From NCBI GenBank assembly GCA_049189775.1, contig JAIVVP010000001.1, positions 1 to 31,057 on the forward strand: 31,057 nt of DNA, written 5' to 3'. Source of the DNA: Gemmatimonadota bacterium (GTDB taxonomy: Bacteria; Pseudomonadota; Gammaproteobacteria; Eutrophobiales; Eutrophobiaceae). The translations under genes were made by a program, and so were the position numbers. Below, piece after piece: positions 26,373 through 31,057 of this stretch (its first letter is position 1; every line of letters begins with the position of its first letter). The notes under the pieces were generated by a model, which was not told where the DNA came from, made no database searches, and saw only the letters and a program-made list of their open reading frames with translations.

Positions 26373-27695
26373 ATGAACCAGTTTGGCCTGTTAAAACACA
26401 ATCGATTTTTACCAATATTCTGCACCCAGTTTCTGGGTGTACTGAACGATAATGTGTTTAAAAATGCCATTGTCATATTGATAGCATTTACCCTGGCCGA
26501 CATGATAGGCGCCAATGCCAGTATTCTGGTGATCGTCGCTGCCGGTATATTCGTACTGCCTTTCTTTCTTTTTTCTGCTACAGCAGGTCAGCTCGCGGAT
26601 AAATTCGAAAAGTCCATGCTGATACGCCGAATCAAGATAGCGGAAATCATCATCATGATAACCGGGAGTATCGGTTTTTATTTTATGAGCGCACCCATAC
26701 TGCTGACAGTTTTATTTTTTATGGGAACACAATCGACATTATTTGGCCCATTAAAATACAGCATCCTTCCACAACACTTGTCTGAAGATGAACTGCTTGG
26801 TGGCAATGGCATGATCCAGATGGGTACTTATCTGGGTATATTATTGGGAACCATTATTGGTGGTGTACTCATTGCGATAAATCCAAATGGTGGTTTGTAT
26901 GTATCTATGGTGATCGTTTTTCTGGCAACGGCAGGTTGGCTAGCCAGTCGTTCGATTCCTGAGGCAACCGCCCCTGAACCATTGCTTCATATCAACTGGA
27001 ATATTATTACCGAGATCGGCAAGATGCTTAAATTTTCCAGGGAAGACAAGACAGTGTTCTGGGCGATCATAGGGATATCGTGGTTCTGGTTTTACGGTGC
27101 CACATTTCTGTCATTGGTTCCGACATACACGCGAGATGTTTTATTTGCAGATGAAAGAATAGCAACATTGATGCTCACTGCATTTTCAATCGGTATCGGC
27201 ACGGGTTCATTAATGTGTGAGAAATTGTCACACAAACATATCAACCTGGGGTTAGTACCTATAGGTGCCATAGGCTTGACATGTTTTGCAACAGACCTGT
27301 CGTTTATCTCATTGCCGGACATGAATCTGGCAGAAGGTGAGTTATTAACCGCCGGCATGTTTCTGCAGCATTTTAATCACTGGCATGTGTTATTTGATTT
27401 GATCATGATTGGACTATCCGGTGGTCTCTACATGGTTCCCCTGTATGCCCTGGTACAACAAAAAAGTAATCCCTGTCATCGTTCCAGAATCATTGCAGTA
27501 AATAATATTATAAATGCTTTATTTATGGTGGTTTCCGCGCTCCTGATTATTTTACTAATAACCGCAGGGATCGAAATTCCACATATCTTTTTTATTGTTG
27601 CTGTGTTGAATGTCCTGGTCATGTTTATAATTTCCAGAAACGAACCGGAATTCATCAGGCAATTTATGAAATATGCAGGTTTCCAGGATAAATAA
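26373..27695 (+). CDS. MFS transporter, LplT/Aas-MFS-like
   Basis: TQFLGVLNDNVFK, AGQLADKF, FGPLKYSILP and RSRIIAVNNI motifs; about 12 TM helices. Confidence 0.88.
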   Translation: MNQFGLLKHNRFLPIFCTQFLGVLNDNVFKNAIVILIAFTLADMIGANASILVIVAAGIFVLPFFLFSATAGQLADKFEKSMLIRRIKIAEIIIMITGSIGFYFMSAPILLTVLFFMGTQSTLFGPLKYSILPQHLSEDELLGGNGMIQMGTYLGILLGTIIGGVLIAINPNGGLYVSMVIVFLATAGWLASRSIPEATAPEPLLHINWNIITEIGKMLKFSREDKTVFWAIIGISWFWFYGATFLSLVPTYTRDVLFADERIATLMLTAFSIGIGTGSLMCEKLSHKHINLGLVPIGAIGLTCFATDLSFISLPDMNLAEGELLTAGMFLQHFNHWHVLFDLIMIGLSGGLYMVPLYALVQQKSNPCHRSRIIAVNNIINALFMVVSALLIILLITAGIEIPHIFFIVAVLNVLVMFIISRNEPEFIRQFMKYAGFQDK

Positions 27696-27766
27696 TCTGG
27701 CATCTCTGCTTATAATTGCCTGATTATTGATATATATATGGGTGGAGAGCATACTCAAACATCGGC

Positions 27767-30700
27767 ATGATTGTTAAAACAAGTAATTTTGATACAAACC
27801 CGAACCTGTTGGTAGATACATTAATGGATAGTTCTTTTCTCAAGGAATTGGTCGAAAATCTCGCCTCAATCACCAATGTAAAATATGTGTTGATTGCCAG
27901 GGCTCAGCATCAAGACGGATCAGACATTATCGAGACAATTACCCTGTGGTCACACGGTAAATTTGTTAAAAACATTCAATTTGCGATCTGCAGCACACTC
28001 TGTAAAGAAGTTCTGGATGGTAATATCCGTTTTTTTTCACAAGGAATTCAGGAATTATTTCCTGAAGATGAAGAATTAAAATCAATGGATGTTGAGAGCT
28101 ATCTCGGTTGTCCTATCCTTTCATCATCTGGCCAAAGTTTTGGTTACATCGCTATCCTCGATTCTATCCCTATGGATAATGAGCAGCAGCTAACGGCTAT
28201 CATTAAGGCGTTTGCTTCCCTTGCAAGCTCGGAATTTGAAAAAAAACAGGTAGAAGTATTCAATAAAGCCATTTTAGAAAGCGCACTTGATGCGTTCATT
28301 TCAATTGATGCCAAAGGTAAAGTAACAAGATGGAACAGACAGGCAGAAAAATGTTTTGGTTGGACCGAAGAAGAAGCCATAGGCGAAGCCCTGGAAAAAT
28401 TCATCGTACCTCGAGGTAATAAAAGCGCACACAGGAATGGAATTAAAAGAGTGATCAAAACAGGTCAGTCAGGAGAATTACAACTTCTGAATCGTAGAGT
28501 TGAAATCAATGCGCAAAATCGAGATGGACATATCTTCCCTGTTGAATTAACAATCACACCCGTTTACTCCGGCGATGAAATTATCTCATTTAGCGCATTT
28601 ATCAGGGACATAAGCTCACGAAGAAAAGAGCAGGATTTGCGAGAGGCAGAGCTGATTATTTTGCAGATGATTGCTCAGAATAAACCACAAAAAGAAATAT
28701 TCAAACATTTGTGTCTCACTATGGAGGGTCAGGCATCATCAAAGGCCTTCGCTTCTGTGCTGTTGGTTAATGAAGATGCTACTTGTCTGCAATTGGCTGC
28801 CGCGCCCAGTTTAAATAAACAAGTACAGGAAGCACTTGATGGACTGACTATTGACGAGTGCAGTGGATCATGCGCTGCTGCAGTGTTCAGGAAATCACCC
28901 GTGTTTGTTACTGATGTGCAAACCGATCCCCTTTGGGCAAAGTTTCGAGAGTTTGCAAAAGACCAGCATATTGAAGCTTGCTGGTCCATGCCCTTTTTAT
29001 CAGAGGCCGGCGATGTCTTGGGAAGTTTTGCCCTGACACATTCGATTATTGTTGAGCCAACAGAGTCTGATATCAGGTTAATGAAAGTAGCAGCCCACCT
29101 GGCAGGTATCACTGTTGAAAAATTTAAAACACAAAAGGCCTTGTCATCAAGTGAAGAGAAATTTTCCAGGGCATTGGAAATTAGTCCTGATGGTGTGGTC
29201 ATTACACGTGTTGCGGACGGAAAGATTATCGATGCCAATGATGCCTGTATCAAGATGACAGGATATTCAAGGAAAGAACTTATAGGGAAAACAACACTTG
29301 AATTGAATATTTATAGTGCTAAAGAAAGAGATAGAGTGGTATCACTGCTTAAGAAGGATGGTGTATATGCAGAATTTGAATCTACCCTGCAAAGGAAAGA
29401 TGGCAAGGTGCTCAATACATTGTCTTCAGGTGCAATATTTGAAAATAATGGTGAGCCCTGCATATTTGCAATTGTGCACGATGTCACGGATCGTAAAAAA
29501 ATAGAAGACGATTTAAAGCAAAGTGAAGAAAAGTTAAGGATTGCTTTTAAAACCAGTCCTGATGCGATGATGATTACAAAATTACACGATGGTGAATGTA
29601 TCGATGTAAATGAAGGCTTTGTCAGGCTATCTGGGATCAGCAAAGAGGATGCTTTAGGTCATAGCCCGCTTGAATTGGGAATATGGCCAGATAAGGCGCA
29701 AAGGGAAAAATACAAGAATGCGATTGTAGAGAACGGCTATGTAAATAATTATGAGGCAGAAATAAGACATTCTGATGGGGCATTAATACCCGTTACATTA
29801 GCAGCTAATCTCATTGATATAGATGGACAACAGCTTGTCTTCACGATCGCCAAGGATGTTTCAGAGTTAAAACAGTCTCAGTCACTGCTTGAAGAGTCCA
29901 ACTGGATGTTAGAGATTGAGAAAAAAGCGCTTGAGCAGATTTCTTTAAATATAGAGCCTTATGAAATTTTAACGGAGTTAATTGATTCTATAGAATCAAG
30001 ATATCCGGATCTGTATTGTTCAATGTGTCTTCTTGACGATGAGGCTCAGCACTTAAGCTGCTATGTAACAACATCAAGATTGCCAAAAGAATATGAAGAA
30101 GATATAGGTGAACTGAGAATTGGCCCGTCTGTAGGTTCATGTGGGACTGCTGCGTATTACAACAAAAATATCTTTGTCTCAGATATTGCGACGGATCCTC
30201 TCTGGGATGAGCTCAGACCAATGGCGGAGAAATATGGCTTACGCGCTTGCTGGTCAATGCCAATCACATCGAATACGGGAGAAGTAAGAGGGACCATAGC
30301 GATTTATTACAAGGAGCCGAAGGCGGCAGATGAAAAACATATGCAGGTGTTGGATCGACTCAGGAAAATTGCAGAAATTTGCATTGAGCAGCACAAATCA
30401 AAAAATGAACTCCAGCAGAGTGAAGAAAAATTCAGGAGTGCATTTGGCAAGGCTCCAATTGTAGTTACATTGGTGGATAGAAAAGGAATTGTCCTGCAAA
30501 GCAATGAAAAGGCTAATAGTTTACTGGGATATACCGAAGAAGAAATAGTAGGCAGGCCTATAGGAGAATTCACACATCCTGATGATTTGCAACGTAGCAT
30601 GAGAATGTACCAGTTACTGGTCAATGGGGAAGTTAATCATTATGAGATAGAGAAGAGATATATAGCTAAATCCGGAGATATAGTCTGGGCACAGCTGAAT

Positions 30701-30850
30701 ATTTCATCGGTCAGAGATGAAGATCAGAACTTTTTATATGCGATTGCCCATAATCTTGATATTACAGAGCGTAAAAAATCAGAAGTTGTTCTTTTCGAAA
30801 GGTCAGAAGAGGAATCAGTTTTTGCCAATCTGTTGAAATTTTCTTTTCTT
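27767..30850 (+). CDS. Cytoplasmic multi-sensor protein GAF-PAS-GAF-PAS-PAS-GAF-PAS, output domain missing (cut by junction)
   Basis: Repeated GSC/TDPLW/ACWSMP GAF motifs and PAS ends (DISSRR, DVTDRK, DITERK). The ORF-track tail after about codon 1027 is antisense helicase sequence. Confidence 0.85.
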
Positions 30851-30853
30851 CGA

Positions 30854-31057
30854 GTTCTTCTCGAACGCCAGCACGTTGTCCAGGTCGGCGCCCCGCCAGC
30901 GGTAGATCCCCTGGTCTTCGTCCCCGACAGCGGTGAGATTGGCCGCCGAGCCGGCGAGGTTCTTGACCAGGCGCATCTGGGCGTGGTTCGTATCCTGGAA
31001 CTCGTCGACCAATAGGAAGCGGGTCTGCCGCTGCAGACGCTCCAGAATATCGCTTTC
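30854..31057 (-). other. Fragment of a UvrD/PcrA/Rep helicase from a high-GC source
   Basis: Minus frame from the window end: ESDILERLQRQTRFLLVDEFQDTN...AVGDEDQGIYRWRGADLDNVLAFEKN (SF1 motifs II and III). Hand-counted GC is 131/207 (63%) versus 87/240 (36%) just upstream. Confidence 0.9.

Noticed and set aside
574-30624. Numerous 60-190 aa antisense and alternative-frame ORFs inside confident genes
   Set aside because: Shadow ORFs fully overlapping well-supported genes, with no motifs or initiation signals.
30851-31015. C-terminal ~55 aa of the 1082-aa sensor ORF as a novel output domain
   Set aside because: It is the antisense frame of the helicase fragment beyond the GC junction.

Overview
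A 31 kb chromosomal window that looks gammaproteobacterial (inferred from Coq7, ZapE, RmuC and sigma32/sigmaE-type promoters; AT-rich, roughly 40% GC by eye). Left part: a six-gene TonB energizer operon (DUF3450-like, long ExbB/TtpC-like, exbB, exbD, tonB, TPR) diverges from a MoxY/MxcQ-like sensor kinase and NarL-family regulator. These are followed by an orphan pqqA (24 aa, missing from the ORF track) with a sigma54-type promoter, a Cys-rich exported protein and several small ORFs. Middle and right: tRNA-Gln(CTG), rplM-rpsI, coq7, DUF47-PiT, hsp20, degP/degQ, cbbY, rmuC, a Zn peptidase, zapE, an EF-G paralog, sulfite/nitrite reductase with DUF934, pyk, an LplT-like MFS and a large GAF/PAS sensor. 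The most unusual signal is non-coding: a 267-bp ERIC-like element ending 4 nt before the kinase start codon (with a remnant at about 18.5 kb), an array of hairpins with CsrA/RsmA-type ANGGA loops, and a tRNA 3'-half mimic with hairpins inserted in its T-loop. The last ~200 bp are a 63%-GC UvrD/PcrA helicase fragment fused to the sensor gene, most likely a chimeric junction.
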